The notes beneath the pieces were generated by a model. It did no database searches. It was given only the letters and a program-made list of their open reading frames with translations, and had not been told where the DNA came from. Made by a program: the position numbers and the translations under genes. 32,000 nt of DNA. Source: an uncultured archaeon (GTDB lineage Archaea; Asgardarchaeota; Thorarchaeia; Thorarchaeales; Thorarchaeaceae). This document shows positions 7,913 through 17,055 of the stretch, one piece after another. The first letter of the stretch is position 1, and each line of letters opens with the position of its first letter. The DNA lies in the NCBI GenBank assembly GCA_964354495.1, contig CAYHAA010000006.1:120817-152816 (forward strand), in the 5' to 3' direction.

Positions 7913-9157
7913 ATGTCCAACCCAGTTCTCATAATTGGTGCTGGTGTTGCAGGGATGACAGCAGCAATCGAGCTAGCAGACTCAGGAATCAAGACAGTAC
8001 TTGTCGAAGAACTCTCTACAACTGGTGGAAATGCCCTCGACTTGTACAAGGCCTTCCCCACTGATGATTGTTTCTATTGCTTTGAAGGAAATCGTTGGCG
8101 TCCTGGAATCCGAAAGTGTTTCTACAGAAGTGCATTGGTAGATCAGCCAAACATCGATTTGAAGATGAACAGTCGGGTGGAAGAGATATCCGGCAATCCA
8201 AGCAGTTTTAGCATAGCACTTGCCATTGGGCCACAGTACATTGATCCGATGAGATGCATCTTGTGTGGCCTCTGCCTTGAGAAATCCAAATCCTTCAGTT
8301 TCATATCACCGCAGTGCCAACCACAGGCTGTCATCTACAAGCCTGATTTAAGAGACGAAGGCACTCAGATCGCTGCCAAAGAATGCCCCACACAGGCGAT
8401 CAATCTCGATGCAGAGCCCTCCAAGGAAACAATCACAGTCTCTGATATCATTATAGCCACAGGGTTTCACGAGATGAAACCATCAGAAATTGATGAGTAT
8501 GGCTATGGCACACACCCCAACATAATCACACAGCTTGAGTTGGCCAAGATCTTGGACCCGAACGGTCCTTCTGGAGGCGTGCTTCTACGCCCATCGGACG
8601 GGGCCCCGGCTAGACGAGTGATGATGATTCAATGTGTAGGTAGTAGAGATGAAAACTACTATCCATACTGCTCGAAGATATGCTGCATATTTGCTCTGAA
8701 ACATGCTAATATTCTGACCCGAGAGCGCGAGAATGTACAAGTCAGCGTGGTCTACATGGATATACGAACCTATGACAGATATGAGAGGTACTATCGTGAG
8801 ACCAGGCAGTCGGGCGTAGAATACATAAGAGGACGAGTAACGCGCGTTAATCCCAAAGAAGATGGTAGTCTCGCTGTAGTGGTGTACGATTCTCTCTTGA
8901 ATGCATATCTCCGGTTCTCAGTAGACTTGTTTGTACTGTCCTCTGCATTAGAGCCCTCTGCAGGAAGTGGACACATCATAGAGACTCTCAGACTGAAGTC
9001 TGCTAGCGGATTCATCGGCCCGCTATCTGCTGATGATCCGGTTGTTGTCGGAAATCATATATTTGCCTGTGGCACTGCACTTGGTCCCGCTGAGGTCCCT
9101 GAGAGCGTCACGCAAGCACGAGCTGTTGTTTCCAAGATATTGCAGAGCAGGAAGTGA
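7913..9157 (+). CDS. hdrA: Short HdrA-family flavoprotein (HdrA', QmoA-sized)
   Basis: IIGAGVAG FAD motif, FPTDDCFYC, CILCGLC...CP insert and QCVGSRD...CSKICC; lacks the N-terminal CxCG domain and the C-terminal ferredoxin. Confidence 0.88.
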   Translation: MSNPVLIIGAGVAGMTAAIELADSGIKTVLVEELSTTGGNALDLYKAFPTDDCFYCFEGNRWRPGIRKCFYRSALVDQPNIDLKMNSRVEEISGNPSSFSIALAIGPQYIDPMRCILCGLCLEKSKSFSFISPQCQPQAVIYKPDLRDEGTQIAAKECPTQAINLDAEPSKETITVSDIIIATGFHEMKPSEIDEYGYGTHPNIITQLELAKILDPNGPSGGVLLRPSDGAPARRVMMIQCVGSRDENYYPYCSKICCIFALKHANILTRERENVQVSVVYMDIRTYDRYERYYRETRQSGVEYIRGRVTRVNPKEDGSLAVVVYDSLLNAYLRFSVDLFVLSSALEPSAGSGHIIETLRLKSASGFIGPLSADDPVVVGNHIFACGTALGPAEVPESVTQARAVVSKILQSRK

Positions 9158-9164
9158 TGCCAAG

Positions 9165-11333
9165 ATGAACAATGACAACAAATCAGCAGTCCTCCTATGC
9201 ACCTGCGGAAAGCAACTACAGCTCTCGTTTGGCTTCCTGCAATCTGAGATTGAGAAGATTGACTCAGCTGTTTCGACCACGGTACACGACCAAGCATGTC
9301 AAGAGGAAGGCCTGACCAAGATTGCCGGGCTCTTAAAGGCAAATGGAGGCCGTCTTGTAATTGCAGCATGCACCAGCCAGAAGATTCAGCCCCGCATCAA
9401 CAGATATCTCAGGCAACAGGGGATTGATGGATCCCAGATTCAATATGTCAATATTCGAGAGCATTCCGCTTGGGTACACCGCGATGTTACGAAAGCAAGC
9501 AAGAAGTCTCTCGACATGATTCGTGGAACGCTTGCGAGGTCAAAGAGCTCAGTACCTCTCCTAATAGAGAGCAAAGAAGTCAGTAGACATGTGACAGTGA
9601 TAGGTGGTGGAATTGCTGGTATCGAGTCTGCATTAAGCCTCTCAAATCTTGGCTATGAAGTGGCCTTGCTTGAATGCAGCGATTGTCTTGGTGGTCATCT
9701 TCTACATCTTCCAATGGTTGCTCCCTCTGGTAAATCTGGCATGGAAGTCCTGAGCGGAAGGCTCGAAGCTATTGAGAGTAATACTAGCATCACTGTGATG
9801 ACAAAAACCTCGGTCAAATATGTGACTGGGGAAATGGGTGACTTTACTGTAAAGTATGTCACAGAAGGCGATGATGAGAAGTCTATTAGGACCTCGGCTG
9901 TGGTCCTTGCAATGGGCTTCAAGGAATTTGAGCCAATTGGGATGAATGAGTACAGGTACGGGAGGAATCCCGATGTGATAACCCAGTTTCAGCTTTCCCG
10001 TATGCTCTCCGAGGGTGTTCTTGGCAGGCCATCTGATAACAGTCCCATCAAGGAGGTTGTTATGGTCCAGTGCGTAGGAAGCAGGTCCGAAGACTACAAA
10101 CGTGACTGCAGCAAACTCTGCTGCACTTTTGCCATTGACAACTCCTTGGAACTCATGAAACGGATACCTGATGTCACTGTTCACATTGTATACATTGACA
10201 TTCGAGTACCCTTTGAGAATGAGATGGTCTACAAGGAATCTCGTGATAAGGGAGTAGACTATATCCGCGGGCGGATTAGTATGGTCTGGGAGCATGATGG
10301 CAAGACCCATGTCAGAATCTATGACTCTCTGATGGACCAGTATCTAGAAGTTCCTGCTGACTTGCTTGTTCTCGCGACTGCAATACTTCCTCCTGATGGA
10401 GTTGTAGAGCTGTCTGAAACCCTTGGCTATGCAGTTGAAGATGATGGACATGTAAAGGAACTCTACGGTAAACTTAGACGCAACGAGACTCGTCGGCGTG
10501 GAGTTATTGCTGTCGGAGGAGTCACGCGCCCACAGTTTGTGTCTGAAGCCATCATAGATGCTCAAGCTGGAGCTCTCATGGTCCACAATGAGCTACACGG
10601 TGGAGCGATTGAATCAGTCGCACGTGGATCCGTTCTTGACGTTGATGACTGTGTTGGATGTAGTCTCTGTGCCCAACAGTGTCCTCGTGGAGTCCCACTC
10701 ATGATTGAACAGACCGAAGCAGAAGAATCTGATGAAGAGCAAAAGATTCTCTTCAAGGCTGCACTTGATACTCTGAATTGCCATGCATGTGGGGTGTGTC
10801 AGAGCCTATGTCCATCTGGGGCCATTCAGCTTAATTTTCTCTCCAACGAACAATTGTGGTCCGAGATAGCTGCAGTACTTCAGGATGCAGGCCCAGAGGA
10901 TCCGATTACGCTATGTTTCTATTGCGAAGAATGTTCGGTATCGACAATAGATATTGTTGGAACTAGGAGAATGGAATACCCTACTAATACACGCCTGATT
11001 CCAGTTCCCTGTGCCGGTCGTGTGAGTATCATAGACATTCTCAAGGCTTTCGAACATGGTACTAGCACGGTCATGATTGCAGCATGCGAGAAGGACCGTT
11101 GTCATATTGGGGGGACTGGCAATGAGATTGCTCAGGTACAAGTAGATGTTGCTCGAGACATTCTGAATGCCATTGGTTGGAGGGGAGAACGTGTAGACAT
11201 GTTCAGAATGTTCAGCGCAGAACCTGAACGCTTTACCAAAGCTGTCAATGAGATGGTAAGGCGTGCCAAGGATTTGGGCCCTACGCCTGTCCATGAGGGA
11301 ACTGCTGGCAAGTGGAAGGAGGTGAGCAAGTGA
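9165..11333 (+). CDS. hdrA: HdrA-MvhD fusion flavoprotein (QmoB-like architecture)
   Basis: N-terminal LLCTCG...AC...AACT, VIGGGIAG, QCVGSRS...CSKLCC, two CxxCxxCxxxCP motifs, then an MvhD domain (CFYCEEC, PCAGRV, AACEKDRC). ATG 9165 preferred. Confidence 0.9.
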   Translation: MNNDNKSAVLLCTCGKQLQLSFGFLQSEIEKIDSAVSTTVHDQACQEEGLTKIAGLLKANGGRLVIAACTSQKIQPRINRYLRQQGIDGSQIQYVNIREHSAWVHRDVTKASKKSLDMIRGTLARSKSSVPLLIESKEVSRHVTVIGGGIAGIESALSLSNLGYEVALLECSDCLGGHLLHLPMVAPSGKSGMEVLSGRLEAIESNTSITVMTKTSVKYVTGEMGDFTVKYVTEGDDEKSIRTSAVVLAMGFKEFEPIGMNEYRYGRNPDVITQFQLSRMLSEGVLGRPSDNSPIKEVVMVQCVGSRSEDYKRDCSKLCCTFAIDNSLELMKRIPDVTVHIVYIDIRVPFENEMVYKESRDKGVDYIRGRISMVWEHDGKTHVRIYDSLMDQYLEVPADLLVLATAILPPDGVVELSETLGYAVEDDGHVKELYGKLRRNETRRRGVIAVGGVTRPQFVSEAIIDAQAGALMVHNELHGGAIESVARGSVLDVDDCVGCSLCAQQCPRGVPLMIEQTEAEESDEEQKILFKAALDTLNCHACGVCQSLCPSGAIQLNFLSNEQLWSEIAAVLQDAGPEDPITLCFYCEECSVSTIDIVGTRRMEYPTNTRLIPVPCAGRVSIIDILKAFEHGTSTVMIAACEKDRCHIGGTGNEIAQVQVDVARDILNAIGWRGERVDMFRMFSAEPERFTKAVNEMVRRAKDLGPTPVHEGTAGKWKEVSK

Positions 11334-13594
11334 GTCAATCAACACCTGAGAAGGCTATTGCACCCAAGAGACAACGAATGTTGGACATGGTATTAGCACT
11401 AGGTGGCCTCAAAGAAGAGTCCACAATTCCCCTCAGCAAAGTCAAGGATGAACTTGAGAATCTAAAGGCAGAGCTTGCACCCCTGACTGACACAATCATA
11501 TCCTTTCCCGATTCCTATTTTGAGAAATTCTTGGATACTGCAAAGAAGAGCAACATTGTTGCTGAGATAAGCGATCGAGGCATTCTGAAGGAGTCAATCT
11601 CGAATCTTGATCAGGCCCTGTCAAAAGGTGAATCTGTGCCACTAAAGGCGCTGAATAGAATACTTACAGACACACTCAGCAGAATGACTGAGGTAGAGGC
11701 GCGTCAAGACGTCAGTGTAGATGTCGATATGACTGCAACCACCTCGACCATATCGGGTCTGGTTTCTGAAATCGAGTCAATCACAGATGGTTTCGAGAAA
11801 GCCGCTGAAACAGAGGCTGAGTCTGCTAGGTCTGAATTGGTCGCGCTCGTCGAATATCTTGAAAGAGTCAAAGAAAAGGTCGAAACAGATCCTGACACAG
11901 CTCTAGATGAGCTTCAAAAGTTAGGGTCCCAGACTCGTTACGGTCCTGGACTAAGAGCAATAGCACAAGTAAAACGAGGGAAGCGAGAAGGTCGAATCGA
12001 TGATGCACGGTTCAACAAGATAGTCAGAGAAAATATACTCACCGAGGTCAACCGTGGAATAATCCTGTTCATACTCAATAAGATGGGATCCAAGACAGTC
12101 GTACAGGCCGGGGAGCTCATGCAGACCTCTCCTCAGGCTATACAGAGCGCTCTTGTGACTATGATTCAGAGGGGAGAGGTTGAGATGGTCGGTCTTGATG
12201 GTGATGCTCCTGTCTTCTCAAGGGTGCTCACAGAAACACCCAGCTCAACACTCCTCATGAAAAGGATTGTTCAACAGGTTCGGGGGATGGTAAAATCATT
12301 AGAAGGCGAAACCGCTGAAACTATGAATGAGTTACTTGGCAAGTTACAAGTACTACTCAAACGCCTCCAGATACTTGGAGCCTACAACGAGACTCTCCTA
12401 TCTGAGCGTATCAACAAGCTTCGAGAGACTGTTGATAGTGTCACCGAGGCAGTACTCGGCGCTCAGACTTCCGAGGATGCTGAGAATCTCAGGCTTCTCA
12501 TATCTGCAGGACTTGAAGCGTTCGCCCGCTTTCGTCTTAAAATAGCCCTAGAAAAGGGTCCTGCCCTTGTTTCAGGTGGTAATGTCTATGGTGAAAAACT
12601 AGACTCTGAAGTCTACAAAACCATAATGGACACCTATCTTGATAATGAGCTTGAGAGAGGCACAATCTTGATTCTCATTCGGGAATTGGGAGCTCTCACA
12701 GCACATGATCTGGCAGAGAGGACGAATATTCCACCAGATAGAATACTCAGACATCTACTCAGAATGAAGCGCGATGAACTTCTCACAATTGCTGGTGAGA
12801 ATCATGGGTATATTCTCTATGATGTTCCGAGGGCTCTTTCAGAGGCTGAGATCACAATACAGACTATAAGTAGTCTAGCTCTACAACTGTCTGAGGCCAA
12901 ACAAGAGCTTCAGAGGATACTGAGCGATCTGAAAGCGTCCGATATCGGCAGACTTGCCAACTCATTAGAAGTCTTTTCAAAGTCACGTGACAAGCTCGCA
13001 TCAGTCCGTGTTCATGGTGCTGCAATTGATGAATCCACCTTGAAAGATGTAGAGGATAAGATACGGTCTGCGGTTCTACTCACCTATCGGACACGTGCTA
13101 AGATTCCAAGCACCAGACCAAAGGTGACCCTTGAGGATCTATTGGATGTTGATGTGCCATCTGTTCTTGACGAGTACAGAAGCCTAATGGGTTATGCACC
13201 TCTTCTGGGGTTTGGAACAATAGAGTGGGAACAATCAAGGTGCCTCGGTTGCAGGTCATGTGAAATTGCCTGCCCAGAAGATGCGATTGAACTGAAGCCA
13301 CGAATAGGGATACACCGATTCTTCGAGATATCCGATGATGCGCTCTCCCAATTGCCATCAAACCGGTCACTGTTCTATAGGACCATTCAGAATCTCGCTA
13401 CGATAAAGCCAGTAGAAGAGATTCCCCTTGAAAAGGAAGTTCCAGGATTCGGCACAGTAGAGGTGGACCTCTGGCTATGCGTTGCTTGCCGTATGTGTGT
13501 AAGACGATGTCCAGGTCCTGAAGGTGGAGCATTGGAGCTGGAGCTGAAATGGAGCTTGCCAGAAATAGTGAAGCACATCACGTCAACTTCATAG
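11330..13594 (+). CDS. Large hypothetical Fe-S protein: helical regions, two winged-helix-like modules, C-terminal 2x[4Fe-4S] ferredoxin domain
   Basis: GTG 11330 overlaps the upstream TGA; CLGCRSCEIACP and CVACRMCVRRCP motifs; wHTH-like segments at ~12040-12210 and ~12650-12830. Confidence 0.8.
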   Translation: MSQSTPEKAIAPKRQRMLDMVLALGGLKEESTIPLSKVKDELENLKAELAPLTDTIISFPDSYFEKFLDTAKKSNIVAEISDRGILKESISNLDQALSKGESVPLKALNRILTDTLSRMTEVEARQDVSVDVDMTATTSTISGLVSEIESITDGFEKAAETEAESARSELVALVEYLERVKEKVETDPDTALDELQKLGSQTRYGPGLRAIAQVKRGKREGRIDDARFNKIVRENILTEVNRGIILFILNKMGSKTVVQAGELMQTSPQAIQSALVTMIQRGEVEMVGLDGDAPVFSRVLTETPSSTLLMKRIVQQVRGMVKSLEGETAETMNELLGKLQVLLKRLQILGAYNETLLSERINKLRETVDSVTEAVLGAQTSEDAENLRLLISAGLEAFARFRLKIALEKGPALVSGGNVYGEKLDSEVYKTIMDTYLDNELERGTILILIRELGALTAHDLAERTNIPPDRILRHLLRMKRDELLTIAGENHGYILYDVPRALSEAEITIQTISSLALQLSEAKQELQRILSDLKASDIGRLANSLEVFSKSRDKLASVRVHGAAIDESTLKDVEDKIRSAVLLTYRTRAKIPSTRPKVTLEDLLDVDVPSVLDEYRSLMGYAPLLGFGTIEWEQSRCLGCRSCEIACPEDAIELKPRIGIHRFFEISDDALSQLPSNRSLFYRTIQNLATIKPVEEIPLEKEVPGFGTVEVDLWLCVACRMCVRRCPGPEGGALELELKWSLPEIVKHITSTS

Positions 13595-13685
13595 CCCTGC
13601 AATTGATGCCTTAGATGCCATTTAGCAACTGACTTATACCACTCGGTGAGGAGTCAGGCGATGCATAATCCTCCGAGGGAACATA

Positions 13686-14885
13686 ATGGTCGATTTCAAC
13701 CTATCCAATGAACAGCTGGAGCTAAGGAACAAGGCGAGAGCGTTTGCACAGGAGTATATGATTCCGTATGCACACTACTATGACAAGACTGGGAAGTTTC
13801 CACGTCCCATAATCAAGAAGTGTTGGGACGAAGGGCTCATGAACCTTTCAATCCCAAGAGAGTATGGGGGACAGGGTCTAGGTTCAATCGAAGAATGCGT
13901 CACGGTAGAGGAAATGGCTGCCGGCTGCGCAGGGATGACAACAAGCATCTACGTTAACTCTCTAGGAGCTGAGCCGATTCTGGTGGCGGGCACTTCCGAA
14001 CAGAAGGAGAAATACCTTCGACCACTCACTGAAGACCTCAAGTTCATCAGTTTCGCTTGTTCTGAACCAGGAATGGGTTCTGATGTCGCCGGGATTCAGA
14101 CCCAGGTCAAACGAGAAGGCGACGTCTATGTCTTGAATGGATCCAAGTTCTGGATCACCAACGCTCCACAGGCAGACACCTTCACAGTCTTTGCTAGTCT
14201 TGATCCGAGTAAGAGACACAAAGCATTATGCGCGTTCATCGTTGATGCTACCACTCCGGGAGTGAAGACTGGCAGGCCAGTTGAGAAAATGGGTCATAGG
14301 GCCTCCACAACGTCAGCAGTGATGTTCAAAGATGCTAAGGTCCCTGTCGAAAACCTGTTGGGCGCCGAAGGAGAAGGATTCAAGATAGCGATGAAGACAT
14401 TCGCAAAGACACGCCCCTCAATCGCTGCATTTGCTACTGGCCTTGCTCGATCAGCGATGGAATATGCTCGTGACTATGTGAGTAAGAGGGATGCCTTTGG
14501 CGAGAAACTCCACAACTTTGAGGCCATTCAGTTCAAGCTTGCTGAGATGTATATGAAGATTGAAGCAGCACGACTGCTCTACCTCAAGGCTGCTTGGACG
14601 GCGGATTTCGTTGGTGATTCTACTATTCCTGCAAGTGTTGCAAAGGCATTTGCTACAGATGCTGCAATGGAAATAGCCAGTGAAGTTGTCCAGATTCACG
14701 GGGGTTATGGATACATAGATCAGTACCCTGTGGAGAAGCTGTTTCGGGATGCAAAACTGTACCAAATCTATGAGGGAACGAGTGAGGTTCAACGATTGAT
14801 ACTCTCCCGTTATCTTCTCAGCGGATATGAACCTGCGATGGGCAAAATCCCACGTTGGTATAGCAATGAGCCGCCAGATTTGTAA
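13686..14885 (+). CDS. Acyl-CoA dehydrogenase (short/medium-chain type)
   Basis: SEPGMGSDV, LNGSKFWITNA, GEKLHNFEAIQFKLAEM, HGGYGY and IYEGTSEVQ (C-terminal catalytic Glu). Confidence 0.95.
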   Translation: MVDFNLSNEQLELRNKARAFAQEYMIPYAHYYDKTGKFPRPIIKKCWDEGLMNLSIPREYGGQGLGSIEECVTVEEMAAGCAGMTTSIYVNSLGAEPILVAGTSEQKEKYLRPLTEDLKFISFACSEPGMGSDVAGIQTQVKREGDVYVLNGSKFWITNAPQADTFTVFASLDPSKRHKALCAFIVDATTPGVKTGRPVEKMGHRASTTSAVMFKDAKVPVENLLGAEGEGFKIAMKTFAKTRPSIAAFATGLARSAMEYARDYVSKRDAFGEKLHNFEAIQFKLAEMYMKIEAARLLYLKAAWTADFVGDSTIPASVAKAFATDAAMEIASEVVQIHGGYGYIDQYPVEKLFRDAKLYQIYEGTSEVQRLILSRYLLSGYEPAMGKIPRWYSNEPPDL

Positions 14886-14980
14886 TGCTAGAGTCCAAAC
14901 AGAATATGGTTTGGCGTCGTTCTCAACCTTCAAATCCGAGCGAATGACAACCTGCAAGAAGAGAGATGGAGATCCAGAAG

Positions 14981-15796
14981 ATGCCAGAGCTACCAGATAT
15001 CTATGTTCTCGCCGAGAGTATGAATTCCGCCTTGAAGGGCAAGACAGTCATAGGAGCACAAGTCAATCAGCCAAAATGCCTGAACATCTCAGCTAGCAGG
15101 TTCAAGAAATCAGTCCAGGGTAGGAGAATTGACAAAGTACGGCAACGTGGCAAATGGATCATTGCATCCTTGGATGGTGGGTGGACTCTTGCACTCAATC
15201 TTGGGATGGGTGGTGAGGTCCGTCTACATGGTTCCAATGAAACTCCGGACTCCAAGCGCGAACGTGTCGTTCTGAACCTGGATACTGGGGAACAAGTCTG
15301 GATTCACCATTGGTGGTTTGGTCATGTGCATCTTCTACAATCGACAGATATCACCAAGCACAGGCAGCTATCTGTCCTTGGGCCAGAGCCTCTTGATGAT
15401 ACATTCACAGTCGAGAGACTCTCCGAGATGTTGAAGAGCAAACGTGGGCGCATCAAGAGCTACCTTATCGACCAGAGTTTCATTGCTGGCCTAGGGAATG
15501 TCTACGTCCAAGATACTCTCTGGTATGCCAGACTCCATCCAAACCGTAGGGCAGACACATTAGTATCTGAAGATATCAAACGTCTACATACAGCAATTCA
15601 GCAGGTACTGAAACAGGGAATACATTATGGGGGTGGCCCTGGTGAACAAGATATCTGGGGCAATCCTGGAAAGTACTCAAAGCATCTTCAGGTTGGGTAT
15701 CGAACTGGGAAACCTTGCCCTATATGCAATACAGCTGTAGAGGAATTAAGAGTCGGACCAACAACCAGCTATATCTGTCCGAAGTGCCAAGTGTAG
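14981..15796 (+). CDS. mutM: Fpg/Nei-family DNA glycosylase/AP lyase
   Basis: N-terminal MPELP, RGKW, LGM, H2TH IAGLGNVY and Zn finger CPIC...CPKC. ATG 14981 places the catalytic Pro at position 2. Confidence 0.88.
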   Translation: MPELPDIYVLAESMNSALKGKTVIGAQVNQPKCLNISASRFKKSVQGRRIDKVRQRGKWIIASLDGGWTLALNLGMGGEVRLHGSNETPDSKRERVVLNLDTGEQVWIHHWWFGHVHLLQSTDITKHRQLSVLGPEPLDDTFTVERLSEMLKSKRGRIKSYLIDQSFIAGLGNVYVQDTLWYARLHPNRRADTLVSEDIKRLHTAIQQVLKQGIHYGGGPGEQDIWGNPGKYSKHLQVGYRTGKPCPICNTAVEELRVGPTTSYICPKCQV

Positions 15797-15807
15797 AACG
15801 AAACACG

Positions 15808-16176
15808 ATGTTGATTCGAAAGCTGAATGAAATCAAAAGAATAAATGCGCTTGATAACACACATATACGTGAGATTCTCAATCCCTTACATGATTCGCGT
15901 TCTCTCTTCCTTGGTTACAGCCTAGCTCATGCTGCACTGAAACCAAATCAGAGATCGCTTCAACACAGGTTTCACGAGGCCTCGGAGGTCTATCACATTC
16001 TGGGCGGTCGAGGAATGATGCATGTCGATGACGAGGCGGTTGACGTCTCGATTGGAGATACGATCTACATACCGCCAATGTCAGTGCAGTGGATCGAGAG
16101 CATGGGTCCTGATGACCTGGAGTTTCTCTGCATCGTGGATCCTGCATGGAAACCAGATGCTGAAGAACTGGCATAG
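15808..16176 (+). CDS. Cupin-domain protein
   Basis: HRFHEASEVYHILGGRG and GDTIYIPP..VQWIE cupin motifs; ATG 15808 preferred. Confidence 0.85.
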   Translation: MLIRKLNEIKRINALDNTHIREILNPLHDSRSLFLGYSLAHAALKPNQRSLQHRFHEASEVYHILGGRGMMHVDDEAVDVSIGDTIYIPPMSVQWIESMGPDDLEFLCIVDPAWKPDAEELA

Positions 16177-16276
16177 GCCACTTTAAACTGGCTCGAGGCA
16201 GTGGAGCTCCAAGAGTGAAAGCCCAAGCGATATAGAATCCAGCTATAGCAACCTTGGTCGAAGCATACTGACCGCA

Positions 16277-16298
16277 GAGAGAGGGCTACACCTCTCTC
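16277..16298. terminator. Hairpin between convergent genes, candidate terminator
   Basis: Perfect 8-bp stem GAGAGAGG-gctaca-CCTCTCTC overlapping the stop of the minus-strand gene. Confidence 0.45.
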
Positions 16299-16788
16299 AT
16301 AGATCGGCTTGACAATTCTGACACTTCGAGAGACCCTGTTCGGTCTTTGCACCACAATATGGACAAACGACGAGGACCTTGACCACTTCACGCTCTCTCG
16401 TCGAAGTGCTACTCATGGTGGCTTCCGGCGTGGAACGGACGAATGTGTTGCCCTCGACTGTTCCATGAATCATACCTGATGCAATTGCAGAGTAGAGCGC
16501 GTTTTTCACCTTGTCCACGGGGAGTCTCGACATCTCGGAAAGTTCTTCCATGGTGATTCTTGTGTGACCGCGAGCAATCCCGACGACCCTTGTTGCAGTA
16601 GAGATCTCTGCTCTTCGTCGGAATGCAAGTATGAAGAACACCAGCGAAATGACAAAGATGGCTATTCCCACACCCCACATCGCTCCTTCACTCATGATCA
16701 TAGTTGTGATGCCGCCAGCAAGCATCACCAAGCCCAGAAGTATGAATGTGCAGAACATGCAGTCGCCGCACTCTTTGTTTGATGACAT
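16297..16788 (-). CDS. Two-TM membrane protein with PCI-like winged helix and C-terminal double-CxxC Zn ribbon
   Basis: Two TM helices, then ITMEELSEMSRLPVDKVKNALYSAIASGMIHGTVEG (PCI-like wHTH), then CPYCGA...CQNCQA. Confidence 0.75.
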   Translation of the reverse strand: MSSNKECGDCMFCTFILLGLVMLAGGITTMIMSEGAMWGVGIAIFVISLVFFILAFRRRAEISTATRVVGIARGHTRITMEELSEMSRLPVDKVKNALYSAIASGMIHGTVEGNTFVRSTPEATMSSTSTREREVVKVLVVCPYCGAKTEQGLSKCQNCQADL

Positions 16789-16937
16789 AACGGATTTTGC
16801 CTCAGACTATGTTTTATGGCTGTAGAGTGATGTTAATCCACCTGATAGGGACAATGGATTTCATCGGGCCTCAGTAGCAAGACCATGCTTTAGTTCTCGG
16901 GAAAAGGCAACAACTGAGAAAAGGACCACTTTGGAAC

Positions 16938-16970
16938 ATGCCTCCAGAAGACATGAACATCGCAATCTGA
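16938..16970 (+). pseudogene. mvhD: 5' fragment of an mvhD gene (codons 1-10, then stop)
   Basis: ATGCCTCCAGAAGACATGAACATCGCAATCTGA (MPPEDMNIAI*) versus intact ATGCCTCCAAAGGACATGAACATCATCATA (MPPKDMNIII) at 17771. Confidence 0.7.
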
Positions 16971-17055
16971 CCATTTGAAACTTCCATGGTTGGGAACAGA
17001 AAGTTGATGAGAAAAAGGGTCATACTATAAAGCGCTGAGTTGAGGGAAGACACGA

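Noticed and set aside
16968-16970. Selenocysteine read-through of the TGA in the mvhD 5' fragment
   Set aside because: The TGA falls at the Phe11-equivalent rather than a Cys position, and read-through gives PFETSMVG..., unrelated to MvhD. All Hdr/MvhD ligand positions seen in this window are Cys codons.
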